From Oikopleura dioica (Eukaryota > Animalia > Chordata): a stretch of 64,000 nt of DNA. Of the stretch, positions 11,880-25,264 are shown one piece after another. The notes under the pieces are model-generated. The model was not told the DNA's origin and made no database searches. It saw only the letters and a program-made list of their open reading frames with translations. Made by a program: the position numbers and the translations under genes. The DNA is taken from contig OU015567.1 of the NCBI GenBank assembly GCA_907165135.1, positions 13,454,001 to 13,518,000 of the forward strand, given 5' to 3'. Position 1 is the stretch's first letter; every line of letters starts with the position of its first letter.

Positions 11880-14800
11880 ATGGTCGCACACAATTCTAGA
11901 AAGAAGAGCACGGTGATGAGGAACAGAGGGGGCCATCGGAACAACTCGAGAAGCAACAGAGGAGGAAGAAGTAGAAATAATGGAAACTCGAATCAGCAAA
12001 ATTGGCAACAGAGGGAGCCTCAATTCGACCAGGGAAGAGGGAGAGATCAAGCAATGGGGCCAAGTAGGCCGGCTAATCCTGGTCCTCAACATGTTAGTCG
12101 AGCATGATTATGTGCTATTGAATAGAGCTCATTTTAAATTCAGGATTTTGATTGAAATTTTCTCAAAAGTCACTTTTCTATGATATTCAGGAGAATTATC
12201 ATCTTGAAGATCAAAGAATACCGCCCTGGGAGCCGAATCAAAACTGGTCGTCTCAACATCACGAAGCTGATATTAACAGATATGGCTTCTCAAGTAACGT
12301 CCAGCGAGAAGTCATGCCTGGCCAGCGATACCCACAAGTGCACGATTACGAGCAAGAACAACCGCCACGATACGATCATCATTCTCAGGCCTTTTTGGTT
12401 TCATAGATTTCATTTTTTAACTGAATGTTTTCAAAAGCCAAGAAAGATGGAGCTAGAAAAGCGCCAGTCGATTCTTCAACAAAATCCTCACGGTGAAGAT
12501 TTGGATACCCGTCGACCCGTCAGTCCTCGGGTCTTCTATCAGACTTCTCCGCACAAGGAGTCGAATCCTATTCCCGACTCTCCGGTGTTTCTTCCCGGGA
12601 ATAATGAGAGCCCGCGCTACTCTGATCCCAACTCGAACGAGCGTTGGCACCCCCACCCTGTCGATCAGCCAGGCAGGATTGTCGATATTCCACCCCCGCC
12701 GCGTCCCTATGATCCGAATTCGGAACCTGTTCATTTTTCTATTCAAAGGTCTAATCAGGAAAAAACACTTGTGGAAAATCCTCTCGATGAATTAAACCAC
12801 CCGAAATCCTCTTCCTCTCGTAAATCTAGACGAGGTGGCAGGGACCGATCGCGTTCTAGGGATCGGGACTCGAGAAAACGGGAGGATCACCAAAAGGGTG
12901 ATGTTGTAGTCGATTACGAGGAGCCTTATGAACCGGAAATAATCGAAAATGAGGATGAATACGTACCGGCAATGTCAACTGATTCCAATCAATTTGGACA
13001 GAGACAGAATCAACTCTGCATCCCTGAAGAGTTCCAGAGAGTGACTGGATACATGACACAGGTTTTTAAACAAAAATAGAGCTGGTGAGAGAGTCCCGTT
13101 CAGGTTCTTGAAACAATGATGGAAAGACAACGCCTGGAAATGAACCAGAAGCTAAACGAAATGTTCAAGCAGTATTTTCAAGCCAAAGAAGCTGAATACA
13201 CCGAGAATCACTCAAAAGAGCCCGACGAAGACGACGAATTAGACCGGTAAGCGGCTGCTTTTCAAATCTCTAGATAATTTTTTCCCGAAGACTTCGCGAA
13301 GCCGCCATGAAAAGTGCTGAAACGAAAAGAACATTCTCCGTCGATCAGACAGAGAGCCAACGTTTCGGGAGCTTCGCCGAGTTCAAAAAGTATAAACAAA
13401 CAATGCGAGAGAAGGGTGGACGCGAGGAAATGCTCGTCGAAATCCCGAACATTTCCGATAACGCGGCCGATATCGTCGATGCGGAGCTTAACTTATCGAA
13501 TAACGCGGCGCAGAACACACAATCGGAGCAGATTCACACGGCAGAGCGTAATCAGAAAGAGCCCTATCTGCAGATATCAATCGAAAACACGCCCACGCCG
13601 GCGACGAAGCCAACACCAAGAAAGGTTGGCAACCCTGACGATCCTATCAACACAAACACAACCACTGAAAAACAAAACAGCCAGATGGAGAAAGAGAATA
13701 ATCCCAAACCGGCAAAGGGGGCTCCTTTGCCGATAAAAGCGTCTTTGATGACCTTTAGGGATCCGAATCGCCATTACTGTGCCGTAACGAAAACATGGGT
13801 CAGCTCGATTGGAGAGTTGCTGAAGCATCTTCACTCTGATGCTTATACAAAAGAACTTCCACAAAGCGAGAAACCTTGGGAAAAACGACTAGATGTTCTC
13901 CAGAAACAAATCAAAGGTAATCTTCCTATTTCCACCAATTGTTAAACTCTCCAAAGAACGAGATGAAATGCAAGAAGCTCTCCGAAAAACTCCGCCCTTC
14001 GCGCAAGGATCAGAATTCTTCATTCCCGTGAAAGCGTTCAAATGCAAACTCTGCGAGAAAATCATCCGTACAGAGGCCGAAATGACAGCGCATTTCTTGG
14101 GTGATCATCACAACGAAAAATATGAGCAAATGAAGGCGAAAGATTCTACTTATGAGCAAAAGAGGTTGAATTTAAATTTTGTGAATATTTTCTTAAGCTC
14201 AATTTAGATTAAAAATGGTTCAAGAAGCTTTGAAGCGTCAGAAAGACTTGATCGCGGCCGAAAAGGCAAAAATTATCAAACGTCGGAGCGAGCAAAAACG
14301 AAAACTAGAAGAATCAGGCTCCAATAACTCGAGCCCAACCAGTGCTAACAAAAAGATAAACTCTTCACAACTTCAATCACCTTCTTCACAAATTGTACAG
14401 AACACGCCCTCCTCTCTCCTACCACTTGCTCCTGCGCCACTTCAGTTGCCGGCTGCGATTTCCATGGTCTCGCCTAAAAGAGATAAACTTCCTCCAAAAC
14501 AAAACAACACCTCTCCAGCTGGAAACAATCAACGAGCTGAAACAGAGTCCCACGAAAGTTCTGTCAAATCTTTAGACACGAGCAACAAGTCAAGCCCGGG
14601 CAGCGGAAGAGTAAAGAAACGAAGTGCAGCGATTGAAAGAATTCTCGCACTCAGTCGCAAAACGCTCCCGCGAACAGGTAAACATTTGATTTCGAATAAA
14701 ATATCTCAAAATATTTGAAAGAGTCCAAGTGGCGAAGAACCTCGACCATCATCAATCCCGACTTCGGATCAAGCCCCTCCATCTGAGCCCTCGAAAGCAT

Positions 14801-15192
14801 CAGATCCGCCGGCTGCTATGGATTGTGAAACGCCGGATCTTCCGGAGCCAGAGACTCTCGAACAGCCATCGAGTATGGTTGTTGAGCCAGGGTCTAACCA
14901 GGACGGCCAGACAGCTTTAGGCGAGACAACTAGTCTTGTTGATAAGCAGAACACTAAAAATGAATCCCAAGGTCTTGAACCATGTCCTAGAGTGGACGAT
15001 AACGGGGTTTTACCGCCTAATTCTGAAAGTGAGCCGTTAAAGGCGTCTATTCTTGACATAGACGCCAAGTCGGACTCTATATCTCAAAAAGAGGAATCAG
15101 AAATCACTGATTCTATTGCAGGGCAGGATTCTTGTGTGGCTAAAGAGCCCATCGACGAGGCCATGCCACCAACGGAGTCGGTCGGAGAGTGA
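11880..15192 (+). CDS. ZNF318-like matrin/U1-type zinc-finger protein (multi-exon, RG/RS-rich N-terminus)
   Basis: Finger pair HYCAVTKTWVSSIGELLKHLHSDAY...KPW and GSEFFIPVKAFKCKLCEKIIRTEAEMTAHFLGDHHNEKY resembles the ZNF318 finger pair. The remainder is low complexity. Confidence 0.6.
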
Positions 15193-15398
15193 TCTTGACT
15201 TGAAAACAATTTATCGTCAATCTCCTCATTCTTCTCTTTTCTAACTTATGGCATAGGTTTGTTTTTAGCGTAGACATTTGAGATTTAAAACTCTTCTATC
15301 AGACAAAAGCTCACGGATACATGCTTCACACTTACGAGAAAAGAAAAATAATAAATGAAAATATTCTTCAGCCGAGTTTAGCCAAATTCTTATTTAGA

Positions 15399-18300
15399 AT
15401 GGAGGAAAGTGACGAAGTGAAAAAGAAACTTCGTGGTTTGAAAAAGAAATTCGAACGATTCGAGAACTTCGATCCGAAAGAAGCGCGCAAGAAGCTCGAC
15501 GAGATCAGCGACAATGCCATCGATGAAGCTATGGCAAAGCTCAAGATGGTACTCTTTTTTTTATAAAACCTTATGATTATTTATTTCAGGCGAAACAGGT
15601 CCATAAGCATGTTGACGCCACAATCAAGCTGCTGGAGGAAGACGAAGGTGGCACAGCTAAGAGTCAGGCCCAGAAACGACTGAAGAAGATCGAGAAGACT
15701 TTCAGCGATCTGATCAAAAATCCGCCCGGAGACGTGAAAGATGCAGTGTGCAGATTTTCATTCCCAGTGAAAGAAGATTGCCCTGATCTCGACTTTTCGA
15801 GTTCAGAAGAGGAGGATGAGATCGTGTGCTCTTACGTTGATAGCGTCCGGCTAGAAGGCCGTGAAAGCTCTCACAAGAGTACCTCAAGTAAGAAAAAGCA
15901 ATCGAAGAATGATGATTCTTCTGGTAATAGCGACAATGAGAAGGCGACGCGGACTTTGTCGACAACAGGATCCACGAAAGCTGAAACCATGGAAGATATC
16001 TCCTTCGCGGGATCAACTCTTTCCAGGTTAGATCTTTTAGAAGCTAAAATTATTAAATAAAGCATTTTTTCAGTTTTAGCAGAATATCCAAGCGTTCACG
16101 GAAGTCTCCGGCGCTAGTGTCGTCAAGAAGTGGCCGGAAGTTAAGAATGCCGAAATCTGAAATCAAGGAAGAGAGCGAAGATGAAGAAGCAGAAACTATT
16201 TCGTACGCTCCTTCATCTGTCACTGAGTATGTTTATTGCTCATTGTTCATTTCAAATCTCGATTTAGTTTCAGCCGGATAAGTAAGGCAAGAAGAGGTAA
16301 GCAGCAAGCTTCTGCACAAGAAGCCAGAAAGGCTGAATCGATGTTCCGGGTAAAGAAGCTGCTTGATGCTATTCCTGATGTGGAACCGAGCGGAATTTAC
16401 TTGAATAGAAAACTTGGTCCCGTGAGAAACTTGAAAAAGGGGAAAAAGAAGAAGAAATTAAAAGAGAAAGGAATCGAAGTGAGTGGTGGTTCAACTTCTG
16501 AGGGCGATTCAACTGACGACGATCTTATCCCAGCGAGCTGGAAACACAGAGCTCCTGCTCGTGAGACTCTCACTTCGATCAAGGTTTTTGCCCTTTCAAA
16601 TATTTGAAGTTTATTCATATTTTTTTCATAGGATTATTGTGACTACATTAACGTCGAGAAAGTCCCATACGGAGTGTTAAAAAAGGTTGATTTGGAGAAT
16701 CTGGTTAAACTTGGAACTCCTCGGGTGAATAGAGAAATGAAGACAGATTCAGAGGTGATTTCTGATGGTTGGACACCAAGTATGGGAGGGAAGCAATACT
16801 TCCCTGTCATTGCAAATATCATCAAGTCAAGAGGAAACCAGGGATATGACAGAGGCTCAATGCTCCAACCGATGGATGCGATCGTCGACTCTCGAGAGGG
16901 TGATGGAACTTATTACTACGTTTACGAGCGAGGAAACAGACGTGTCCAGAGTTTCAGCCTCCCGCAAGTTCTCAAAGATCAAGGTCCTTTCTATGGAGCT
17001 GAGGAGATACTGGAAAGTCGAGGAATTTACAAGTATGAAATCTGAAATGATTCAACTCTCTTGTAACAATTTTTAAGCGGAACAACGACGGGGGTTGTTT
17101 CGACCTCTGCTTCTATCGCTAAATGGGGCATTAACATGTGCATGTACACATGTCCAAAAGTCGAGCAGTTTTATGAAGGCTTGAGAAACGCCAAACAAGA
17201 GAAAATCGTGCCTGTGACTCAAGTCTTTCTACTCTGCCACAATGAGGAAGAGCCGGAAAATAGCCACATTAAACAATTCGAGGCGAAGGAAATGAAAAAG
17301 ATGCGAGACTGGAAACTCCCGAAGGAAATCAAGCAGAAGGGGCTTCGCTTCTGCAAGGTAAAAGGTCATGATTCAAGTAAAGGTTATTGAATTGAATGTG
17401 TTAGTGGGGAGGCGTCACAATGTGTCTTGGCGATCCATATCGCCCAGAGGCTCGACTGTGCACGGTGGCGATGCTAGAAACGACGGACGGCCACTACAAG
17501 GCGAAATGGTATTTGATCCGGTGGAGGGTTGCAGACGATGAAATGTACGGAAAACCGAAGTTGCTCGAACTCAAATGGCTCGATAAGTCAAAATCGGGAG
17601 AGACTCCTATCGTTGACGACGTTAAAATTGGCTACATGACCTCTTGGGGAGATCAGCTTTATATCTCCGACGTTGGACGACGGCAACTATATTTGACAGA
17701 TTTGGAAGGAAACTTGCGTCGGCAAATCGGCTCTGAAAACCTCCAACCATCGAAAAAACATGAGCTTTTTGGCAGGCCAGGATCTATCACGGTTGATGCC
17801 CACGGCAATTTCCTCGTTGCAGACGAAACCAACAACCAAATAAAGAGTAAGAAGCCGCGTTTTTTCCTATTTATTAACTCAGTATTTTAGTCTTCACGAA
17901 GACTGGTGATTTCCTTGGCCTTCTCATGCACAATTTCGTCAGCAGCCCCTGTGGTTTGGAACTTCTCGATGATGGACGGCTGATTTACTTCTCCAAAGAG
18001 ACCTCCACAATTTACGTCACAAAACTCGGGCCTGATTATGAAGACTTGGAATTCAAAAGAGAAGAGTCGGAAGGATCAAAACGCTTCTTTAACACTAAAT
18101 ACGCCAGTCATAGAGGAGGAAGAGGACGTGCTGGACGTGGGCGCGGAGGAGGTCGTGGCCGTCGCGGGGTTTCTCCTGGATATTCACGATTTGTTCCAGG
18201 AGGTAATTTACAAGGGACAGCACGAGATGTCACTTCATCTTTCTCCACAATGAACAATCCTCGCTCAAATCATATAAGCAATTCATCGATTCCGGTGGAC

Positions 18301-18471
18301 AATGCAACTTCCGAGATTCAACCTTCCCGAATCGAATCCTTCGTTGCAGGAAGTAGCGTCTTCGATGAGCCTGTATTCGAGAGTGATTGCCACAAATCTG
18401 AAAACGTCGAAACTGCATCCATCAGCAGCTCTAAGTTTCTACCTGGTCGAGTCACCAACCCCAAGGTTTAA
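15399..18471 (+). CDS. Coiled-coil plus NHL-repeat (beta-propeller) protein with RGG tail
   Basis: ATG follows a tttag acceptor. NHL repeats FGRPGSITVDAHGNFLVADETNNQIK|VF and SPCGLELLDDGRLIY; RGGRGRAGRGRGG motif. GT-AG introns link the ORF fragments. Confidence 0.65.
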
Positions 18472-18689
18472 AATCTGCATCATCGACAATTCACCAAACT
18501 GGTGCTTCACCATTGGAAGAAATCAAATCACAAAAAAATAGAAAAAAAATAATTCTTTCAATAAAAAAAATCACTCTATCACTACCAAAATTGAAATATC
18601 CCTTCACTACCATTGTGGCCTTTGCACTCTTCAATTCGCTGCTAATAAAAAAAGAAAATATCAAGAAAATACAGAAAATATTTAATAGA

Positions 18690-20351
18690 ATGAAAATCGG
18701 ACTGGCAGGGTGCGTTTTCATCGCTCAGAGTTCCGCCCGCCATTGTGATCCGGTTTTCCTTCTTGCGTCTGATACTTCTCTTTGTCGATGCTCCAGTCAG
18801 TATTGTGACGATTTGGTAGTAGAGAACCCACCTGATGGGAAAATTCTAGCAGTGCGGAGTAACCGGCGTGAGTCGAGGTTTATTAGCGAGACGATTGACT
18901 TTGACGCTGAGTTCAATGAGAAAAGCATATTCAACACAGAAGTCAGCTGGGAGGCACCAGAACAAACAGTAAGGGGATTTGGAGGAGCTTTGACAGATGC
19001 AACTTTGCTGCAATATGCAAATTTGAGCCCTGCTCTTCAAAACGAAATGCTTCGAGGGTGGTTTGGCAAAAATGGCAGTGAATTCTCTCTCGTCAGATTA
19101 CCCATCGGTGGTACAGATTTCAGCGAATATCCGTATACTTTGAATGACGAGGGCCCAGATTTTGAACTCGAGAATTTTCAGCTTTCTGAAATCGACTTGC
19201 AGTGGCGTATTCCCGTGATTACTGCCGCAAAGAAATTTACTTCCCATCGTATCGATTATTTTGCGTCAATGTGGTCACCTCCTGTCTGGCTTAAAACAAA
19301 CGGAAAGTTCAACGGCATCGGAAAGCTGCGTGGATCTCCTGGAGACATTTATCACAAAACTCTTGCGAAATACTACAGAAGATACGTTGATGAAATGAGA
19401 GAACAAAATGTGTCGATAATTGCTGTAACGAGCCAAAATGAGCCAACAATGGGCCTCTTCATCGATTCGGCGTGGAACGCGCTCGGCTGGAGTCCCAAAG
19501 ACCTTCGAGATTGGCTCGAGTTCGATCTTATTCCGGAATTCCGAAACAGCTCAACAAAGATTTGGCTGTTTGACGACAACAGAATAATCCTCAGGCAGTA
19601 CATCGATTATCTCATGACCAGCGAAGTAGTTCGCAACGAAACGACTGGAATTGCGCTTCACTGGTACTGGGACAAAATTGTTCCTGCGTCGGTGTCACAA
19701 AATTTGAAGAAAAATTTACCCAATCATGAGTTTATCGCGTCAGAAGCTTGTACATCGAGAGGAGTTAAAGGCAGAGAATTGGGACTTTCGTGGAAGCATG
19801 GGCTTGGGTCTTGAAATTTTCGAAAATATCGTATTTTTGGGCACCTTTGAGACCCTTGAAATAGAGAAGACTACTCCCTCGACATCATTCAAAACTTCAA
19901 AATCGGCTTTACTGCCTGGGTAGATTGGAATCTGGCGCTAGATATGTCCGGCGGCCCGAATTGGGCAGAGAATCATCGGAACGCACCGACACTGGTCGAT
20001 GTGGAGAAAGACGAGTTTTACCGACTTCCGATGTTTTACCATTTGGCGCATTTCAGCAAATTCTTTTCGCCGGGCACGAAGATCTTCCCCTCTAATTCTT
20101 CACGTGCGATCTTTGGCATGCGCCCTGACGGCTACTTTACGGCAGTGGCGGTGAATTCTTTGGAAATCGAGACAGATCTTGACAGGGTTATTAAAAAGTT
20201 GACTTTTATTAATTTAACACTTTTTATTAATCCGTAATTAGCGTTTACTGACTCCCTCGGTCGCGGAATAAAAGTAAAACTTGGCCCAAGGAGTATTGCA
20301 AAGGGTTCAAAAATACTTTTTCACAAAAATAAAACTTCACGAATGAATTGA
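18690..20351 (+). CDS. GBA1: Lysosomal glucosylceramidase (GH30)
   Basis: Signal peptide, CRCSSQYCD, GFGGALTDA, QNEP (acid/base), SEAC (nucleophile), WVDWNLALDMSGGPNW, PMFYHLAHFSKF. Confidence 0.93.
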
Positions 20352-20819
20352 AGTATTTGCACTTTTCTTTCATCTAATTTTCGGACCCTTGTCAAAGTTT
20401 CTCTTTTGTGGCGTTAGAGAATTCAAGAAAACGAAGATTCTGCGAAAAGACTTATTGACACCCCCTCGAGGGTGTACTGTGACAGTCTGTTTGGTAAATA
20501 CAGTTCATTTATTCCCTCTTATCATTGATAACAAACACAGTCGGGCGGCACCAGACCAAAAATTTTATCGTCACGCTTTTTTCTTCAAAAAATGAGCAGT
20601 GAAAACTTTGGGAACCCTCCGATTCTGAATTCTGGGAATGCGAAGCTGAACCCAGAAAAAATTGCCCGGAAGTTGATTTTGAGGTAAGGTGCCGCTCGAT
20701 TTACATTCCAGTTTTATTTCTCTCGTATATTTTTCATTTATTTTGCCCAGTAATAATTTGGATATTTCAAAACTCTTACACAATACCAAGCTACATGTCT
20801 AAAGCTTCATTTTTTCAGA

Positions 20820-23599
20820 TTGAGCCAACGCACGAAATCGGACGAAGCGATGGATCGTAACCGCTCATCCAAATCGGTCTTTCCGGCTCATATAAATCTC
20901 AATTTACAAGCACTTCCGGGTAAAAATAGAAAAACCATCCCCAAAGCGTACGAACATTTCCTAGCCCAGAATTTGCCGGAGTCTATCAGACGCGCTAGGC
21001 GCCAGGGCAGCTTCGAAATAAGACAAGAAGAAAGGGCGGCTGCGAATAATTATGGGAATCGTGTAACGCTGCAGAATAGAGGGATGAATAGAATCTTTCA
21101 GAACTCGCCCCAGGATGGATCTCGTGGACGGGATCGCAACCAAAATCGCTCGTACCAGGAGCCTTACAGGAAGTTGTAAACGTCTCGAAATTTAGCCTCA
21201 AAACATGAGATAATAAAATTCTTTGACATGTACGTTTTTGAACTTTTTGAAGACGAGAGCCGAGCCGCAGCAGGAGCGACAAGTCATTTGAAGGATTTAC
21301 TAGAAACGGGATCTTTTTCATCCGCACGTGGCGGAAATCAAAAAGTCTTGATGAATCGTTTTAGTGATCCCAAGCATAGATTCAATGAGCCATCGAGTCG
21401 CGGCGGAGCGAGTTATGAGCTCAATCAGAATCAGAGACTGGGCCAGGCGGGACTTGTTGATGCCGCTTTCGTTGTTAGAGATAGAAGATCAGCCTACCAG
21501 GACGATTTGCGAGATGATGGCTCTACAATGAGCTCAACCCGTCCATCAAGAACTTCCTCCCGTCCTGGCTCTTCAAAGAGAGCTGCCAGAGAATCCAATC
21601 AAGATCGGAAACTGCTGGAAAGAATCGATCTTGAAAATCGTCAACTAGAGAAAGTCCCGGATCTGCGACAGGAAGAATCGCTCAAGCTTATCAACTTGCA
21701 GCAGAATAGAATAACCGACCTGACGAATCTGAAGTATTTGTGGAACCTGGTGTTTTTGGATCTCTATGACAATGAGATTTCCAATCTCTTTCACTTACAG
21801 CCCCTTATCAATCTACGAGTACTGATGCTCGGAAAGAACAAAATCGACCGAATCCACGGACTCGATACTTTAACCAAACTGGACGTACTGGATATGCACT
21901 CGAACAATATCTCGGATCTCTCCGGTCTGGCGCAACAGTCATCTTTGCGCGTGCTCAACTTGGCGGGGAATAAAATTTCACTGGTTCATGGCCTCCAAAA
22001 GCTCGGTAGGTGGGCTTTCCTCAACCGTGAAACTAATCATTTTCTCTGAAGAGAGTCTGGCCGAGCTGAACGTGAGCCGTAATCAAGTAGTCAGTGTCCA
22101 AGATTTAGAGAAGCTGCCATTTTTGGCTTCAGGAAAGCGAGATAGAAATTGTCATCGAAATATTTTCATCTGTGTCTCCCTTGTCAAGTGTACCTCAGTT
22201 ACAACAAAATCGAAAGTGGGAAGACATTTGGTGTTTAGGCGACTCGACAAGTTTAAAAGAACTAACCTTAGACGGAAATCCACTGACATTTGAATCATCC
22301 TACCGCTACACAATTCTAGCATCAGGAGTCAAACTCAAAATGCTTGATACCAAAAGGGTTTCAGACGAAGAGAGAAGAATGGCCTCTAGTTTGTTGAAGA
22401 AAGAATTAGAAAAGAAGAGAAATGAGGAGCTTGCTAAGAAGAGGAGTCAACGAAGACAACTCGCAATAGATAATGTTGTCAGGTAGGGTGACCACAGCTT
22501 GAGATTTTATTCAACTAAGATCTGCTTGTTGGTGACCCGGTCAAAAGATTATGGAAAAGCGAAGATCGTAAAAATGCGGCGGAAATGGTCAGTCCCGATT
22601 TGAGCCCCTTTTCGGGTCAGGTCACCGTCCTTGATATCGGCGACTCTCATTTGATCGAATTCTGGCCGGAGAGCAAAACAATACGCTTCTTCGGAACTGA
22701 ATCAATACAGCACGCGGATAAAGTCCTAGGAAAGAGGTCAACAAGGAGCAAATTGAATATTTGAAGCTATGATTGCTTGACCCGATTAAAAGCGTCGGCT
22801 AACTTGGGAAGCCAGATTCTCTCGATTCATCTTCGCTACGCTGCAGGTGCCGCGTTTTTAGACAAGTTACCGAGGCTAAGATCGAAGATACCCGGCTTGG
22901 ATTCAATTACGTTCGGGTAAATAATTTTTAGCTCACTTTTCAGTGTGTGTTTGAAAATAATTATTTGTAGTTGAATCACGCTTAATTTTGACGGTTATTT
23001 TTGATTTTCCCTAAACACCGGACGATTATAAATAATTCCCCTAAATCTACTAGCAGTCGTGTATTTTGGAAACTACGTGACAGAATTTCAAGAAAAGAGG
23101 CGCGGGAGTTCTCCGGTTGAGTAGTTTCAAAAGTTTTCTTCAGTGAATGCGGCCTCTCAAAAATGGTATTGTTCGATAAGCTCGTTGATGTCAACATTTC
23201 CCATCTCAACGTTGACCAGTGTAATCCAGTCACAAAACTCAAATTTTGGCGACTTTACGTGATCCAAAAGGTGAAAGAATTATCTGTTAGTAAAGAGCTA
23301 GAATCAAACATTTTTGGTGAGTCGGTAAAATATGATATTCTTAGTCACCGAGCATAAAGAAAATCAACGGATCGACAAAAACCGAGGCGGAAATCCAAAA
23401 AGCTACCACCCTCTTCACTTCCATCAATAGCTGCCAGTCAATTTTACCCACTTACCGACATGAAATTAGAGATTTGAAGCTAGAAGAAAACGATAATAAG
23501 AAGTTTAGGAAGGGCACACTAAATTTTGACACTGAAATCAAGGAGGACCACTGTATAACATTAGCCCGGTTGTTCACACCAGGGTTCCAATTTTGCTGA
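20820..23599 (+). CDS. LRRC49: Leucine-rich repeat protein 49-like; start codon uncertain
   Basis: LRR run LDLYDNEI...LRVLMLGKNKI...LDVLDMHSNNI, LRRcap TLDGNP, KRVSDEERRMAS and KINGS...ATTLF follow LRRC49. The stop codon lies inside the inserted MITE. Confidence 0.85.
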
Positions 23600-24594
23600 G
23601 CGATGGAGTGGATTTTGAGCGGAGTGGAGCGTGAGCGGAGTGGATCCACTCCACTCCACTCGCTCAGCCTATATTTTTAGTGTCCACTCATTCGCTCCAC
23701 TCCACTCCAACCTGTAAAATCGACTTTGGAGTGGATTTTGAGTGGATTTTGAGCGGATGGAGTGGATTTTTGTCTTTAGCGCCCCTTTTCTCGTATTCTG
23801 ATTGGAGACCGAGTTTTGTCTATTTTTAAATGAAGAATCAAATTCTCTCAGGGGATAATCAAGAGAATAAATCAATGATATAATATCAGGATCAACCTTT
23901 AATTTAGGACCGACTTCTTCATAAAAGTTTGATGATCAGACCCTCTCTAAAACCCTTTTTATCTCGAAAAATGAAAGGCTTGCTCACGGCGTGCAAAGAA
24001 GACTTCGGTTTCTGTCTGCTCGTGGGGGCTCGACCTTTTTCAACCTCTCTTCTTTACGCCCCCTCTTTCTCTTCCTTTCACCCCCCTCTTTCTTAAAACC
24101 CCTTTTTCAGAAAAGGAAAAGCTTGCTCACGGCGTGCAAAGATGACTTCGGTTTCTGTCTGCTCGTGGGGGTCGAACCTTTTTTGTTCCTCTGCTCTCTT
24201 TCAACCTTTTTAATAATTAAACCCTCCCCCCAACGACCAATTATAATGGATTTAAGAATAAAACGACCCTGTTTGTTCCTCAGTACCTCCTGAACTTCAA
24301 GGTTGCTAAGAATATATCTTCCATTAGTCAATGCTTCCGAGAATATAATTGTAAATTGACTAAAAATATGAGAATGAAATCGTTTAAAAAAAAACCCGGC
24401 CTCTCGACCCTTTTTTGAGTGTATTGTACGGTGCATGAAATGCAAAAAATTTTTTTTTAATCGCTCAAACTTCCCTAAAAATCCGCTCAAAATCCACTCC
24501 GCTCACCCACTCCACTCGCTCAACCATTTTTTTTGGGCATCCACTCATCTCTCCACTCCACTCCAAAATTTTTTCGGCCAAAATTGGAACCCTG
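23580..24594. mobile_element. hAT-type MITE, 1015 bp
   Basis: TIR CAGGGTTCCAATTTTG / CAAAATTGGAACCCTG; 8-bp TSD GTTCACAC (23572-79, 24595-602); subterminal CCACT/AGTGG arrays; internal ~65-bp duplication at 23978 and 24121. Confidence 0.93.
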
Positions 24595-25264
24595 GTTCAC
24601 ACCTGCTCTAATCACCAATTAGCCTTGTTGCACCTACAAATACCCCGTTTTTATATATAAGTAGACGCACTTAGAATTCTTGAGATTCCTAACAGCGATT
24701 ATCCGCGACCCGCAGGGCATGTTCTATCTCAATTTGCGCGTTCGCTCAATTTCAAACAACTCCGAGAAATTAAAATAGATCTTCTAATTTTCTACCCCCA
24801 CTTGACCTATTTTTTCGAAAAGAGATTTCAAAAGAAGCTGCATGCAGAGTTCACACTTTCACCGGAAGGTGGCATTTTTTATGTGCCCGCTTTCTTAGCG
24901 CCCTGCCAGGCGAGTGCGAACAGCTGGAGCTGCGGCGCCAGAGGTTGGCCGATGCCCTGCCCGCCGTTTTCCTGTCAGTTGTGCGCGATTGTACCTCGCA
25001 GTTGCTCGACGTAAACTGGGACGAGTACACTCACGTGACCATTCAAAGCAAGTGAAGCCTCTCCAGTACAAAAGACACTCGCCATCGTTTTATTCCGACC
25101 ATCTTTTGTCAATCATCACTTTTTTCGCCGCTGCGAGCAGAGAGATTTTTTACTTCTATTTTTCTACACTTCTAAAACTATCTATTTTCCTAAAAAAAGA
25201 GAGCTAACCAGAAATTCTACTTCAGAAACAGAGATCGAAATCGAAAAAATAAGAAAATAGAAAA

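Noticed and set aside
18513-18689. N-terminal extension of the 433-aa GBA ORF
   Set aside because: AT-rich intercistronic sequence. The signal peptide starts at ATG 18690, after a splice acceptor.
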